A stretch of 64,000 bases of DNA from Escherichia coli. Lineage in GTDB: Bacteria > Pseudomonadota > Gammaproteobacteria > Enterobacterales > Enterobacteriaceae. Of the stretch, positions 27,628 to 46,025 are shown one piece after another. The translations under genes were made by a program, and so were the position numbers. The DNA is taken from the NCBI RefSeq assembly GCF_030013595.1, contig NZ_CP122768.1. One strand, given 5' to 3'. Below the pieces are notes generated by a model that was not told the origin of the DNA, searched no databases, and saw only the letters and a list, made by a program, of their open reading frames with translations. Within the stretch, counting starts at the first letter, position 1; the number at the start of each line of letters is the position of its first letter.

Positions 27628-28461
27628 ATGGAACTCATTGAAAAACATGCCAGCTTTGGCGGCTGGCAAAATGTGTATCGGCATTATTCCCAATCACTGA
27701 AATGTGAAATGAATGTCGGCGTCTATCTCCCACCAAAAGCCGCAAGTGAAAAATTGCCGGTGTTGTACTGGCTTTCGGGCCTGACCTGCAACGAGCAGAA
27801 TTTCATTACTAAATCAGGGATGCAACGTTACGCGGCGGAGCACAACATTATTGTTGTTGCGCCAGACACCAGTCCGCGAGGCAGTCATGTCGCAGATGCC
27901 GACCGTTACGATCTCGGGCAAGGTGCCGGGTTTTACCTGAACGCAACGCAAGCGCCGTGGAATGAACATTACAAAATGTATGACTATATCCGCAACGAAC
28001 TGCCGGATTTAGTGATGCAACATTTTCCGGCAACGGCCAGAAAGTCTATCTCAGGTCATTCTATGGGCGGGCTGGGCGCACTGGTGCTGGCGTTACGTAA
28101 TCCAGATGAATATGTCAGCGTCTCGGCGTTTTCGCCCATTGTCTCCCCATCGCAAGTACCGTGGGGACAGCAAGCCTTTACCGCATATCTTGGTGAAAAT
28201 AAAGAAGCCTGGTTGGATTACGATCCGGTGAGTCTTATTTCACAAGGTCAACGCATTGCGGAAATAATGGTTGATCAGGGGTTGAGTGATGATTTTTACG
28301 CAGAACAGCTGCGGACTCCAAATCTTGAAAAGATCTGCCAGGAGATGAATATCAAAACGTTAATCCGTTATCACGAGGGTTATGATCACAGCTATTATTT
28401 TGTCTCCAGTTTTATTGGCGAGCATATTGCCTACCACGCCAATAAACTGAATATGCGTTAA
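27628..28461 (+). CDS. frmB: S-formylglutathione hydrolase
   Basis: 277-aa esterase D family ORF with GHSMGG nucleophile motif. Confidence 0.95.
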   Translation: MELIEKHASFGGWQNVYRHYSQSLKCEMNVGVYLPPKAASEKLPVLYWLSGLTCNEQNFITKSGMQRYAAEHNIIVVAPDTSPRGSHVADADRYDLGQGAGFYLNATQAPWNEHYKMYDYIRNELPDLVMQHFPATARKSISGHSMGGLGALVLALRNPDEYVSVSAFSPIVSPSQVPWGQQAFTAYLGENKEAWLDYDPVSLISQGQRIAEIMVDQGLSDDFYAEQLRTPNLEKICQEMNIKTLIRYHEGYDHSYYFVSSFIGEHIAYHANKLNMR

Positions 28462-28475
28462 TAATAGTGCACGAC

Positions 28476-28566
28476 TGCCGGATGCGGCGTGAACGCCTTA
28501 TCCGCCTACATTTCGCCCGCAGGCCGTAGGCATGATAAGACGCGCATAGCGTCGCATCAGGCATCT
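28476..28566. repeat. REP/BIME-type extragenic palindromes
   Basis: GCCGGATGCGGCGTGAACGCCTTATCCGCCTAC and a second inverted copy between frmB and yaiL. Confidence 0.6.
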
Positions 28567-28585
28567 GCGTACGACTTATCTATGT

Positions 28586-29125
28586 TTACCACATCAAATC
28601 ATCAGGCACTTTGAAGTCGGCATACGGATCGTCTTCATCCTGCTCTTCGGCGCTGAGCGCGCTGTGCAACACAATACTGCTGGCATCACGCTGAGCAATT
28701 TTATCGGCAACGCTGGCGGGAATAATGGCGTATTCACCTTCGCTATTGTTATCGAGCAACAAGCGGGCAATCGCCAGACGACCATTAATCAACTGCGCCT
28801 GTGTGAGCTTATCGACAAAAATCTTCTTAATCAGATTGCCGTCAGTGAAGTTAAAACCAATATCGCCATTGGCAATGGTGATTCGGTTCATTTCAATGAG
28901 CTGCTTCACCTGAGCTTTATATTCTTTCGCCAACGCCGCTTGTTTTTGTTGCTCGCTAAGCTGTTTATCACGCTCAAGCTGTGCCTTTTTATTTTCTTCT
29001 ACCGCCGCCCGAGCTTCACGCGCCTGAACGCGCGATTTTTTCGCCGTTCTCTCGACCTTCGCCGCTTTTTTGCTGGTGACTAATCCTGCTTTGAGCAACT
29101 GCTCTTGTAAGGTAAGTTTTGCCAT
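28586..29125 (-). CDS. yaiL: DUF2058 protein YaiL
   Basis: Lys/Gln-rich ORF; start at MAKLTLQEQ gives 179 aa. Confidence 0.8.
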   Translation of the reverse strand: MAKLTLQEQLLKAGLVTSKKAAKVERTAKKSRVQAREARAAVEENKKAQLERDKQLSEQQKQAALAKEYKAQVKQLIEMNRITIANGDIGFNFTDGNLIKKIFVDKLTQAQLINGRLAIARLLLDNNSEGEYAIIPASVADKIAQRDASSIVLHSALSAEEQDEDDPYADFKVPDDLMW

Positions 29126-29226
29126 CTTTGTTTCCAAACCCGCTGAATAATTTTTAGCGAGTATACCTGTAAACGCCGTAGGTGTATTGGGGGCAAGTCC
29201 CTTTCGCCCCTACTTAATAAGGCGCG

Positions 29227-30438
29227 TCAGGCATCGGCGCACGGCTGCATTCGTGATCTCCGGCTCATCAAAATAAACACTGCCAGGCCGGCAACAAGAA
29301 TACCCGGCGCAGAAGCGGCCATTACGCCAACCGTGCCAGTGCCTAATGCCAGCATTTTCCCGGCCAGTAACGGACCGCTCATAGCCCCCAGACGCCCTAC
29401 CGCCACGGCTGTTCCCACACCTGTTGCGCGGATCTGCGAACTGTAAAACAACGGTGCCAGGGCATACAAAACGCTTTGCCCACCTGTCGCAAACAACCCC
29501 GCGACGAATCCCGCCAGCAACATACCGTTAAATGACGACACCGTTCCCAGCGCCAGCAGCGAAGCTAACATGCCGCTATAAATCAGTAGCGACATGGTTA
29601 CTGGACGCAGCTTATCCATCAATGCGCCCAACATTAACGTCCCGCTTGCCGCCCCCATTTGCAGGGCAAACATCACCCCTGCCGCCTGCGATGGCTGGAA
29701 TCCTTGCTCCACCAAAAGCAGCGGTAGCCAGTTGATCAACATGTAGACCACCAGCAGAGTGAAGAAATAACACAACCACAGCAGCAGCGTCGCGGTTGCC
29801 GTTTCTGGCGCAAATAACGCACGCAGTGGTGGCGCAGCCTGTTTTTCGCCAGCGAACACCGCCGACTCCGGCAGCCAGCGCATTAATAGCGGCACCAGAA
29901 TCAACGGCACCACACCACCGACCCAAAACACCGTTTGCCATGCTAAGTTTGCCCCCGCGAAACCCAGTGTCGCCGCCAGCGCCGCGCCAATGGGGACACC
30001 GCAATACATCAGGCTCACTGCCGTCCCACGAAAACTTGGACCCGCGGCTTCAGACGTCAGGGCGATAAGATTCGGCAACGCCGCCCCCAGCCCGACACCG
30101 GTCATCAGCCGCGCAAAGACCAGTGAGGGGAAATCCCAGGCAATCGCCGTTGCCAGTGAGAACAAACCAAACAGCGCAACTGAGCTAATTAAAATACGCT
30201 TACGACCATAACGGTCCGCCAGCATTCCGCCAACCAGCGCGCCGGGTAGCAAACCGAGTATTCCGGCGCTGAATATCCAGCCCATTTGCATTTTATCGAG
30301 TGCGAAAGCCTGGGCGATGCCACCCGCCGCAATGCCAGCCGCCTGAAGATCCAGTCCTTCCATCAGAGCGACCAAAAAACAAAGCCCGATGGTCAGCATC
30401 AGGCGGGATGAAGATGATGAAGGGATACGAGCCGACAT
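29227..30438 (-). CDS. mhpT: 3-hydroxyphenylpropionate MFS transporter
   Basis: MFS 12-TM ORF; start at MSARIPSSSSSRLMLTIGLCF gives 403 aa. Confidence 0.9.
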   Translation of the reverse strand: MSARIPSSSSSRLMLTIGLCFLVALMEGLDLQAAGIAAGGIAQAFALDKMQMGWIFSAGILGLLPGALVGGMLADRYGRKRILISSVALFGLFSLATAIAWDFPSLVFARLMTGVGLGAALPNLIALTSEAAGPSFRGTAVSLMYCGVPIGAALAATLGFAGANLAWQTVFWVGGVVPLILVPLLMRWLPESAVFAGEKQAAPPLRALFAPETATATLLLWLCYFFTLLVVYMLINWLPLLLVEQGFQPSQAAGVMFALQMGAASGTLMLGALMDKLRPVTMSLLIYSGMLASLLALGTVSSFNGMLLAGFVAGLFATGGQSVLYALAPLFYSSQIRATGVGTAVAVGRLGAMSGPLLAGKMLALGTGTVGVMAASAPGILVAGLAVFILMSRRSRMQPCADA

Positions 30439-30534
30439 AAGATGAACCTCGTTGCGAGTGCAGGTGAATCGCGGCTGATACATTGCCAGCCGCGTAATCA
30501 GAACCATTTAATGACTGCCTACGGGCGAAGAAAA

Positions 30535-30578
30535 TGTAGGCCGAACAAGGCGTTTACGCCGCATCCGGCAGTCGTGCT
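30535..30578. repeat. REP element
   Basis: GTAGGCCGAACAAGGCGTTTACGCCGCATCCGGCA between mhpE and mhpT. Confidence 0.55.
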
Positions 30579-30617
30579 GGGATGGGCATACAAAATGCAC
30601 GTTCTCGGCAGTCATCA

Positions 30618-31627
30618 TTATTTGTTGTTGCGCAGATCCAGCGCCACGTCGACGATCATATCCTCCTGGCCGCCAACCATCCGGCGTTTGCCCAGCTCAA
30701 CGAGAATATCCACCGCGCTTAAGCCATAACGCGCCGCCGCCGTTTCACAGTGACGCAGGAAGCTGGAGTAAACACCAGCGTATCCCAGCGCCAACGTTTC
30801 GCGATCGACTCGTACCGGTCGATCCTGCAACGGACGCACCAGGTCGTCAGCGGCATCCATTAACGCATAGAGATCGGTCCCATGCTGCCAACCCAGTTTA
30901 TCCGCGGCGGCAATAAACACTTCCAGCGGCGCGTTACCTGCGCCCGCGCCCATTCCCGCGAGGCTGGCGTCGATTCGGTCGCAGCCCTCTTCCACCGCCG
31001 CGATAGAGTTCGCCACGCCAAGACTCAGGTTATGGTGAGCGTGTATGCCGGTTTGCGTTTCTGGTTTCAGCACTGCTTTCAGGGCGCGGAAACGGTCACG
31101 GATATCGCTCATGTTCATCGCACCGCCAGAATCCACCACATAAATACAGGTCGCACCGTAGCCTTCCATCAGCTTTGCCTGCTTTGCGAGATTCTCCGGC
31201 GTGGTCATATGGCTCATCATCAGAAAACCAACGGTGTCCATTCCGAGCTCGCGGGCATACTGAATATGCTGGGCGGAAACATCAGCTTCGGTACAGTGCG
31301 TAGCCACACGAACCACCCGCGCGCCAGCCTGCCAGGCATTTTTCAGATCGTGAATAGTGCCGATTCCAGGCAGCAACAACGTCGCGATTTTGGCGTGCTT
31401 CACCACATCCGCCGCCGCTTCAATCCATTCAAGGTCGCTATGTGCGCCGAAACCATAGTTAAAGCTGGAACCTTGCAAACCGTCGCCGTGGGCCACTTCA
31501 ATCGAATCCACGCGGGCATCGTCCAGTGCTTTGGCAACCTGGCGAACGTTTTCCAGCGAATACTGATGACGGATGGCGTGCATACCATCACGCAACGTGA
31601 CGTCCGAGATATAAAGTTTTTTATCGT

Positions 31628-31631
<4 letters not shown>
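30618..31631 (-). CDS. mhpE: 4-hydroxy-2-oxovalerate aldolase
   Basis: 337-aa ORF, HMGL-like aldolase family. Confidence 0.95.
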
Positions 31632-33393
<1,762 letters not shown>

Positions 33394-34260
33394 TTAAGGG
33401 CGTGCGAGGAAATTCAGCACCAGTTGATTGAAAGCGTCGGCATGTTCCCACTGCGCCCAGTGACCACAGTCGCGGAAGATATGCAGTTCAGAACCGGCAA
33501 TGCCGGACAGCAGACGCAGACCCGCATCCATCGGCACAAAGCGGTCGTTGCGCCCCCAGACAATCAGGGTTTGCGCTTTGATTTCCGCCAGACGTGGGCC
33601 AAAATCCGGGAACTGTTTCGGATTGGCTTCCAGGCTCTTAACGAAGTTTTCCAGGTGATCGCGGCGCGACAGCATATTATTCAGGCGCGCTTCAAACAGG
33701 GCGTCGGTCAAATCGCTGGTATCAAAAACGAAGATATCCATCATCAGCTTCAGGTTTTCGATAGTCGGCTGACGATAAAGCTGATTCAGTCGCTTAATAC
33801 CTTCGGTTGGCATCGGCGTAAACAAACTCATACCGCCCGTACCGCCGCCCATCAGCACCAGTTTGCCGACGCGCTCCGGCCAGTTAAGGGTGAACGCCAC
33901 AGAACTGTGGCCGCCCATCGAGTTGCCCAGCAGGTGGATTTTGGCGATATCCAGTTGATCCACCACGCTTTTCAGGATTCGCGCATTAAGATCCGATCGC
34001 GAACCACTATTAACGATCGAATCGCTCTTACCCCAACCCGGGCAATCCAGCAGGATCACCCGATAGCCCGCCTCTACCAGCGGATCGATATTGCGGCTGA
34101 AGTTCGCCCAGCCAGTAGCACCCGGGCCGGAACCGTGCAGCAGGACAACAGTTTCGTCGCCTTGTCCGCAGTCATTAAAATGGATGCGCAGCGTTTTACC
34201 CGCTTCTTCTACATTCAGAAAACGGCTGGTGGCGGCTTCGGTTTGTGGCTGATAACTCAT
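33394..34260 (-). CDS. mhpC: 2-hydroxy-6-ketonona-2,4-dienedioate hydrolase
   Basis: alpha/beta-hydrolase with GNSMGG; start at MSYQPQTEA gives 288 aa. Confidence 0.9.
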
Positions 34261-34277
34261 CATCTTCTCCTGCATAT

Positions 34278-35222
34278 TCAGTTCTCTGTTCTGGCGCTTA
34301 ACGAGCCAAATCCGGCAATCCACTCCGGGATTGGGCGGTAATAACGCCCTTCGCTACGCCAGTTGCCAAACGCAGAAATAGCGGCAAAAGCGGCGACCCA
34401 GGTTTTGATTTCATGTGTCGACTTTCCGGCAATGGCGGAAAGCTCTTCGTTACTGACGGCATCCAGTTCCTGTATGCGTCCCTGCTCCAGCAAAGTCATG
34501 AACTGGTTATCCCAAATCGGGTTGAGCGGATGCAGAGTTCTCTGATCCTCAACAAACTTCTCAGCGGCGCTAATCACCCGCTGCTGACGCAATTCACGCT
34601 CAGTGGCGGGTAAATCTTTCCCGCTCCCCAACAGACGGTCGCGCATATGGGCATCGGCTTTCGCCAGTTCTGGCACCGGCGGCTGATGGGAAAGCCCACC
34701 GGACCCAAGGAACAGCACGCGTTTATTGAGAGTGCTGGTGAAACGTCCAATGGCTTCCCCCAACATGCGGGTACGCTGGAAACCGGGCAGCGGTGTGGCG
34801 ACACCGTTGATGAACACAGGCAGAACCGGCACCTTATCCAGCCCACCGAGCAGGAACTCCAGCGGCTGGGCGAACCCGTGGTCCACCTGCATACAGTAAG
34901 AAACGGCAAGATCGATCCCGCTCTTCATGACGGCATGCGCACAGGCCTCCGCCAGCTCCACAGGCACGGGCAGCTCTCCTGCCGCACTGCCGAAATCACC
35001 AATTGCCGTCGCTCCAACGCCTAAACAGAACGGTGGCATCACGTCATAGAAAAAGCCGTTGTAGTGATCTGGCGCAAACAGCACCACCAGTTCAGGGGAG
35101 AAAGCCGCAATACGCTCGCGGGCGCTGGCAATCACGCCATTGACCTCATCGAGCACCTCTTGCGCCGGGTCGACATACCCCACCAGCGGCGAGTGGGAAA
35201 GACAGTGAAGATAAGCGTGCAT
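34278..35222 (-). CDS. mhpB: 3-(2,3-dihydroxyphenyl)propionate extradiol dioxygenase
   Basis: 314-aa ORF, LigB-type extradiol dioxygenase. Confidence 0.95.
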
Positions 35223-35223
35223 A

Positions 35224-36888
35224 TCAGGCTACCTTTTCGACAGAAACGTCGGCATCAGGGCGGGTCAGCGTCATCACCGACGCCAGTTTATTCAGGGTCT
35301 TGCCCAGGGTTTGCGGAATGGCGGTGGCGGCAACAAAGCGATCCGGGCGCATCACCACCAGCGAAGCATTGTGTTGCGCGAACCAGCTACGCAGGCGACC
35401 TTGCGTATCGCCCACGCGTAGTACGCCGTCGTGGTTATCCTGTGCGGTATGAATTTGCACTTCCGGCACCACCTGAATGAAGCGTGTGCCCAACGCGCGC
35501 CACTGCTGGATTTGCTCGTCGCTCATCCCCCACAGTGGATTGCATCCCCAGCCAATTACCGCGAAGTTCGCGCCGATCGCGTTATCGAGCAGCGTCACGT
35601 CGCCGTTTTCCAGCGTGACTTTCGGCTGAATAAACATCTTGCCGACCGGAGAGTGCTTCGCTTCGCCCTCACGCACCAGCGCACCGCCGTAATATTGCGG
35701 CATCGGCTTGAAGCGCATTTCGAGGAAGTAGCGTTTTACTGGCGGCAGATAATTCAACAGCCAGGAAACGCCGTCACGTAACGTACCCTGCCAGCGTTTC
35801 GGTGGAGCCAGCACGTTGCCCGCCGTCACGGACAGGTCAATCATCGCTTTGGCGTGATCGCGACGTTCTTGTTGATAGGTATCGAGCAGCGCATCGCGGG
35901 CTTTCCCCTGGATAACCAACGCCAGTTTCCATGCGAGGTTAAAGGCGTCGCGCATACCACTGTTATAGCCCTGCCCCTGCCACACCGGCATGATGTGCGC
36001 GGCATCGCCCGCCAGCAGTACGCGATCAATACGAAAACGTTGCGCCAGTCGCGCGTTGTGGGTGTAGACACGCTGGCGAATCAATTCAACATTGTCCGGA
36101 TTAGGCAGCACTTTGCTTAACAGCTTGCGCATATTTTGCGGCTCACGCAGCTGTTCTTCGGTTTCTCCCGGCATCACCATAAATTCAAAGCGACGTACCG
36201 CATGAGGCAGCGCGGCAGAAACATACGGGCGCACCGGATCACAACACAAATAGATATGCGGCGTACTTAACGGATCGTTGGCGATATCTACCACAATCCA
36301 CTGATTTGGCGCAGTTTTACCTTCAAACGGCACATTCAGGGTGCGACGGACAAAACTTGCCCCACCATCACAGGCCACCAGCCACTGGGCTTTGACCGTT
36401 TCCCGCTGCCCTTCTTCCGTTTTCAGGTGCAAGGTCACTTCGTCATCTTGCTGGCTGAAGGCCTCCAGCTCGCGGGAAAACAGGCAGCGCACATTCGGAA
36501 AACGCGACAATCCTTCCAGCATCACCGCATCGACCTGAGGCTGAATAAAGGCGTTACGGCGCGGCCAGCCAAATTCATCGGTCATTGGCTGAATATCAGC
36601 AAAACAGCGACCTTTCGGGGTGAGAAAACGCATCGCGTGCCACGGCGTAGTGTGCGGCAGAACATTATCGACCAGGCCGACCGACTGCATGGTGCGCAGC
36701 GCCTCGTCATCAATACCAATCGCACGCGGGTAGTCGATCAACTTATCGAGTTTCTCCACCACCAGCACGTCAATGCCCATCTGGCCGAGATAGTTCGCCA
36801 TCATCAGCCCGACCGGACCGGCACCAGCGATCGCCACCTGAACGCTAAGGTTAACAGCAGGCTGGATGTCAGGGTGTTGTATTGCCAT
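35224..36888 (-). CDS. mhpA: 3-(3-hydroxyphenyl)propionate hydroxylase (FAD monooxygenase)
   Basis: 554-aa ORF with N-terminal FAD-binding fingerprint [17 protein letters not shown]. Confidence 0.95.
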   Translation of the reverse strand: MAIQHPDIQPAVNLSVQVAIAGAGPVGLMMANYLGQMGIDVLVVEKLDKLIDYPRAIGIDDEALRTMQSVGLVDNVLPHTTPWHAMRFLTPKGRCFADIQPMTDEFGWPRRNAFIQPQVDAVMLEGLSRFPNVRCLFSRELEAFSQQDDEVTLHLKTEEGQRETVKAQWLVACDGGASFVRRTLNVPFEGKTAPNQWIVVDIANDPLSTPHIYLCCDPVRPYVSAALPHAVRRFEFMVMPGETEEQLREPQNMRKLLSKVLPNPDNVELIRQRVYTHNARLAQRFRIDRVLLAGDAAHIMPVWQGQGYNSGMRDAFNLAWKLALVIQGKARDALLDTYQQERRDHAKAMIDLSVTAGNVLAPPKRWQGTLRDGVSWLLNYLPPVKRYFLEMRFKPMPQYYGGALVREGEAKHSPVGKMFIQPKVTLENGDVTLLDNAIGANFAVIGWGCNPLWGMSDEQIQQWRALGTRFIQVVPEVQIHTAQDNHDGVLRVGDTQGRLRSWFAQHNASLVVMRPDRFVAATAIPQTLGKTLNKLASVMTLTRPDADVSVEKVA

Positions 36889-37029
36889 TTCAGTACCTCA
36901 CGACTCGGACAAAATGCCGTTGCGCGCACAGTACAGCGCAACTTATTTTGTTAAAAACATGTAAATGATTTTTTATTGTGCGCTCAGTATAGGAAGGGTG
37001 TTTCCGGCTACAATCAAAACATGCCCGAA

Positions 37030-37046
37030 TGTGCACCAGGTGCACA
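37030..37046. promoter_or_regulatory. 17-bp palindrome TGTGCACCAGGTGCACA in the mhpR-mhpA divergent region; probable MhpR operator
   Basis: Perfect palindrome read from sequence; position and sequence resemble the described MhpR site. Confidence 0.5.
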
Positions 37047-37078
37047 GCGTTGTTTTAACTATAGAAATGTCAATTAAT

Positions 37079-37912
37079 ATGCAGAACAATGAGCAGACGG
37101 AATACAAAACCGTGCGCGGCTTAACCCGCGGTCTAATGTTATTAAATATGTTAAATAAACTTGACGGCGGTGCCAGCGTCGGGCTGTTGGCGGAGCTCAG
37201 CGGCCTGCATCGCACCACTGTGCGGCGACTGCTGGAGACGCTGCAGGAAGAGGGATATGTCCGGCGTAGTCCCTCCGATGATAGTTTTCGTCTGACCATC
37301 AAAGTGCGGCAATTAAGCGAAGGATTTCGTGACGAACAGTGGATTTCTGCACTGGCGGCCCCACTGCTGGGCGATCTGTTGCGCGAAGTGGTATGGCCGA
37401 CAGATGTGTCCACCCTGGATGTTGATGCAATGGTGGTACGCGAAACCACCCATCGTTTCAGCCGATTATCTTTTCACCGGGCAATGGTCGGGCGACGGTT
37501 ACCGCTTCTGAAAACCGCCTCGGGCCTGACCTGGCTGGCCTTTTGCCCCGAACAAGAACGCAAGGAATTAATCGAGATGTTAGCCTCCCGCCCCGGTGAT
37601 GACTATCAACTGGCACGGGAACCGTTAAAACTGGAAGCCATTCTGGCGCGGGCGCGCAAAGAGGGGTACGGACAGAACTACCGCGGCTGGGATCAAGAAG
37701 AAAAGATCGCCTCTATTGCCGTACCGCTGCGCAGTGAACAACGGGTGATTGGCTGTCTGAATCTGGTGTATATGGCGAGCGCAATGACCATTGAACAGGC
37801 AGCGGAAAAGCATCTTCCGGCGCTGCAACGGGTGGCAAAACAGATCGAAGAAGGGGTTGAATCGCAGGCTATTCTGGTGGCCGGACGGCGAAGCGGCGTG
37901 CATTTACGTTGA
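37079..37912 (+). CDS. mhpR: IclR-family activator of the mhp operon
   Basis: Start at MQNNEQTEYKTVRGL gives 277 aa; ORF track starts 38 codons upstream, inside the operator region. Confidence 0.9.
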   Translation: MQNNEQTEYKTVRGLTRGLMLLNMLNKLDGGASVGLLAELSGLHRTTVRRLLETLQEEGYVRRSPSDDSFRLTIKVRQLSEGFRDEQWISALAAPLLGDLLREVVWPTDVSTLDVDAMVVRETTHRFSRLSFHRAMVGRRLPLLKTASGLTWLAFCPEQERKELIEMLASRPGDDYQLAREPLKLEAILARARKEGYGQNYRGWDQEEKIASIAVPLRSEQRVIGCLNLVYMASAMTIEQAAEKHLPALQRVAKQIEEGVESQAILVAGRRSGVHLR

Positions 37913-37988
37913 CACCATCGAATGGCGCAAAACCTTTCGTGGTATGGCATGATAGCGCCCGGAAGAAAGTCAATTCAGGGTGGTGAAT

Positions 37989-39063
37989 GTGAAACCAGTA
38001 ACGCTATACGATGTCGCAGAGTATGCCGGTGTCTCTTATCAGACCGTTTCCCGCGTGGTGAACCAGGCCAGCCACGTTTCTGCGAAAACGCGGGAAAAAG
38101 TGGAAGCGGCGATGGCGGAGCTGAATTACATTCCCAACCGCGTGGCACAACAACTGGCGGGCAAGCAGTCGTTGCTGATTGGCGTTGCCACCTCCAGTCT
38201 GGCCCTGCACGCGCCGTCGCAAATTGTCGCGGCGATTAAATCTCGCGCCGATCAACTGGGTGCCAGCGTGGTGGTGTCGATGGTAGAACGAAGCGGCGTC
38301 GAAGCCTGTAAAGCGGCGGTACACAATCTTCTCGCGCAACGCGTCAGTGGGCTGATCATTAACTATCCGCTGGATGACCAGAATGCCATTGCTGTGGAAG
38401 CTGCCTGCGCTAATGTTCCGGCGTTATTTCTTGATGTCTCTGACCAGACACCCATCAACAGTATTATTTTCTCCCATGAAGACGGTACGCGACTGGGCGT
38501 GGAGCATCTGGTCGCATTGGGTCACCAGCAAATCGCTCTGTTAGCGGGCCCATTAAGTTCTGTCTCGGCACGTCTGCGCCTGGCGGGCTGGCATAAATAT
38601 CTCACTCGCAATCAAATTCAGCCGATAGCGGAACGGGAAGGCGACTGGAGTGCCATGTCCGGTTTTCAACAAACCATGCAAATGCTGAATGAGGGCATCG
38701 TTCCCACTGCGATGCTGGTTGCCAACGATCAGATGGCGCTGGGCGCAATGCGCGCCATTACCGAGTCCGGGCTGCGCGTTGGTGCGGATATCTCGGTAGT
38801 GGGATACGACGATACCGAAGACAGCTCGTGTTATATCCCGCCGTTAACCACCATCAAACAGGATTTTCGCCTGCTGGGGCAAACCAGCGTGGACCGCTTG
38901 CTGCAACTCTCTCAGGGCCAGGCGGTGAAGGGCAATCAGCTGTTGCCCGTCTCACTGGTGAAAAGAAAAACCACCCTTCCGCCCAATACGCAAACCGCTT
39001 CTCCCCAGGCGTTGGCAGATTCTTTAATGCAGCTGGCGCGACAAATTTCCCGACTCGAAAGCG

Positions 39064-39086
<23 letters not shown>
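37989..39086 (+). CDS. lacI: lactose repressor LacI, with a 5-residue C-terminal extension
   Basis: GTG start (V)KPVTLYDVAEYAGVSYQTV; ends ...SRLESGQLAQRN where the canonical protein stops after ...ESGQ. Confidence 0.9.
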
Positions 39087-42268
<3,182 letters not shown>

Positions 42269-42274
42269 TAATAA

Positions 42275-43573
<1,299 letters not shown>

Positions 43574-43582
43574 GCAATTAAT

Positions 43583-43617
43583 GTCGGATGCGGCGCGAGC
43601 GCCTTATCCGACCAACA
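43583..43617. repeat. REP element between lacY and lacA
   Basis: GTCGGATGCGGCGCGAGCGCCTTATCCGACC. Confidence 0.55.
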
Positions 43618-43638
43618 TATCAGGACGGAATGATCGCA

Positions 43639-44250
43639 ATGAACATGTCAATGACCGAAAGAATAAAAGCAGGCAAGCTATTTACCGATATGTGCGAAGG
43701 CTTACCGGAAAAAAGACTTCGTGGGAAAACGTTAATGTATGAGTTTAATCACTCGCATCCATCAGAAGTTGAAAAAAGAGAAAGCCTGATTAAAGAAATG
43801 TTTGCCACGGTAGGGGAAAACGCCTGGATAGAACCACCTGTCTATTTCTCTTACGGTTCCAACATCCATATAGGCCGCAATTTTTATGCAAATTTTAATT
43901 TAACTATTGTCGATGACTACACGGTAACAATCGGTGATAACGTACTGATTGCACCCAACGTTACTCTTTCCGTTACGGGGCACCCTGTACACCATGAATT
44001 GAGAAAAAACGGTGAGATGTACTCTTTTCCGATAACGATTGGCAATAACGTCTGGATCGGAAGTCATGTGGTCATTAATCCTGGCGTCACCATCGGGGAT
44101 AATTCTGTTATTGGCGCGGGTAGTGTCGTCATAAAAAACATTCCACCAAACGTCGTGGCTGCTGGCGTTCCTTGTCGGGTTATTCGCGAAATAAACGACC
44201 GGGATAAACACTATTATTACAAAGATTATAAAGTTGAACCTTCAGTTTAA
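43639..44250 (+). CDS. lacA: galactoside O-acetyltransferase
   Basis: Start at MNMSMTERIKAGKLF gives 203 aa; hexapeptide-repeat transferase. Confidence 0.9.
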   Translation: MNMSMTERIKAGKLFTDMCEGLPEKRLRGKTLMYEFNHSHPSEVEKRESLIKEMFATVGENAWIEPPVYFSYGSNIHIGRNFYANFNLTIVDDYTVTIGDNVLIAPNVTLSVTGHPVHHELRKNGEMYSFPITIGNNVWIGSHVVINPGVTIGDNSVIGAGSVVIKNIPPNVVAAGVPCRVIREINDRDKHYYYKDYKVEPSV

Positions 44251-44267
44251 ATAAGCACTGAAATAAA

Positions 44268-44297
44268 TGTCGGATGCGCCATTGGGCACATCCGACA
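44268..44297 (-). terminator. hairpin TGTCGGATG...CATCCGACA followed by a U-rich tract on the minus strand; likely cynTSX terminator
   Basis: 9-bp inverted repeat between convergent lacA and cynX. Confidence 0.5.
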
Positions 44298-44337
44298 ATA
44301 ATTCACTCTTCCATTATCTGGCGAAACAAGCGTCGCA

Positions 44338-45492
44338 TCATGCCTCTTTGACCCACAGCTGCGGAAAACGTGCTGGTGCAAAACGCAGGGTTATGATCAT
44401 CAGCCCAACGACGCACAGCGCATGAAACGCCCAGTCCATCAAGTAATTGCCACTGATACTACGCAGCACACCAGAAAACCACGGGGCAAGCCCGGCGATG
44501 ATAAAACCGATCCCCTGCATAAACGCCACCAGTTTGCCAGCAATAGCGGGTTGCGCAGAGTGATCGAGCGCCAGCAGCAAACAGAGCGGAAATGCGCCGC
44601 CCAGACCTAACCCACACACCATTGCCCACAATACCGGCAATTGCAGCGGCAGCCAGATAAAGCCGCAGAACCCCACCAGTTGTAACGCCAGCGCCAGCAT
44701 CAAAAGTTTGCGCCGATCCTGATGGCGAGCCATAGCAGGCATCAGCAATGCCCCTGCGGCTTGCCCAAGCGTCATCAATGCCAGCAAGGAACCGCTGTAC
44801 TGCGCGCTGGCACCAATCTCAATATAGAAAGCGGGTAACCAGGCAATCAGGCTGGCGTAACCGCCGTTAATCAGACCGAAGTAAACACCCAGCGTCCACG
44901 CGCGGGGAGTAAATACCACGCGAACCGGAGTGGTTGTTGTCTTGTGAGAAGAGGCGACCTCGCGGGCGCTTTGCCACCACCAGGCAAAGAGCGCAACAAC
45001 GGCAGGCAGCGCCCACCAGGCGAGTGTTTGATACCAGGTTTCGCTATGCTGAACTAACCAGGGCGTAATGGCGGCACCAAGTCCACCGCCGCCCATCAGA
45101 GCCGCGGACCACAGCCCCATCACCAGTGGCGTACGGTGCTGAAACCGCCGCTTAATTACCGAAGGCATCACTGCCTGAATGATGCCGATCCCCACTCCAC
45201 CAAGCAGTGCGCTGCTAAGCAGCAGCGCACTTTGGGGGTAAAGCTCACGCATCAATGCACCGACGGCAATCAGTAACAAACTGATGGCGACGCTGCGACG
45301 TTCGCTGACATGCTGATGAAGCCAGCTTCCGGCCAGCGCCAGCCCGCCCATGGTAACCACCGGCAGAGCGGTCAACAGGGCTGCCACGCTAAAGCTCATT
45401 CCGCTTGCCTGGCGCAATTGCGGTAGCAGTGGCCCGACGGAGGTGAGCAGTGGTCGCATATTAAGACCAATCAGCACCAGAACCAGCAGCAT
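44338..45492 (-). CDS. cynX: cyanate MFS transporter
   Basis: Start at MLLVLVLIGLNMRPLL gives 384 aa. Confidence 0.9.
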   Translation of the reverse strand: MLLVLVLIGLNMRPLLTSVGPLLPQLRQASGMSFSVAALLTALPVVTMGGLALAGSWLHQHVSERRSVAISLLLIAVGALMRELYPQSALLLSSALLGGVGIGIIQAVMPSVIKRRFQHRTPLVMGLWSAALMGGGGLGAAITPWLVQHSETWYQTLAWWALPAVVALFAWWWQSAREVASSHKTTTTPVRVVFTPRAWTLGVYFGLINGGYASLIAWLPAFYIEIGASAQYSGSLLALMTLGQAAGALLMPAMARHQDRRKLLMLALALQLVGFCGFIWLPLQLPVLWAMVCGLGLGGAFPLCLLLALDHSAQPAIAGKLVAFMQGIGFIIAGLAPWFSGVLRSISGNYLMDWAFHALCVVGLMIITLRFAPARFPQLWVKEA

Positions 45493-45524
45493 CGTGAACG
45501 TCTTTTGATGGTTACGCATGGCCG

Positions 45525-46013
<489 letters not shown>

Positions 46014-46025
46014 TTAAAAATAAGG

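Noticed and set aside
36427..36954. 175-aa plus-strand ORF, and 35431..35781
   Set aside because: Antisense to mhpA; spurious.
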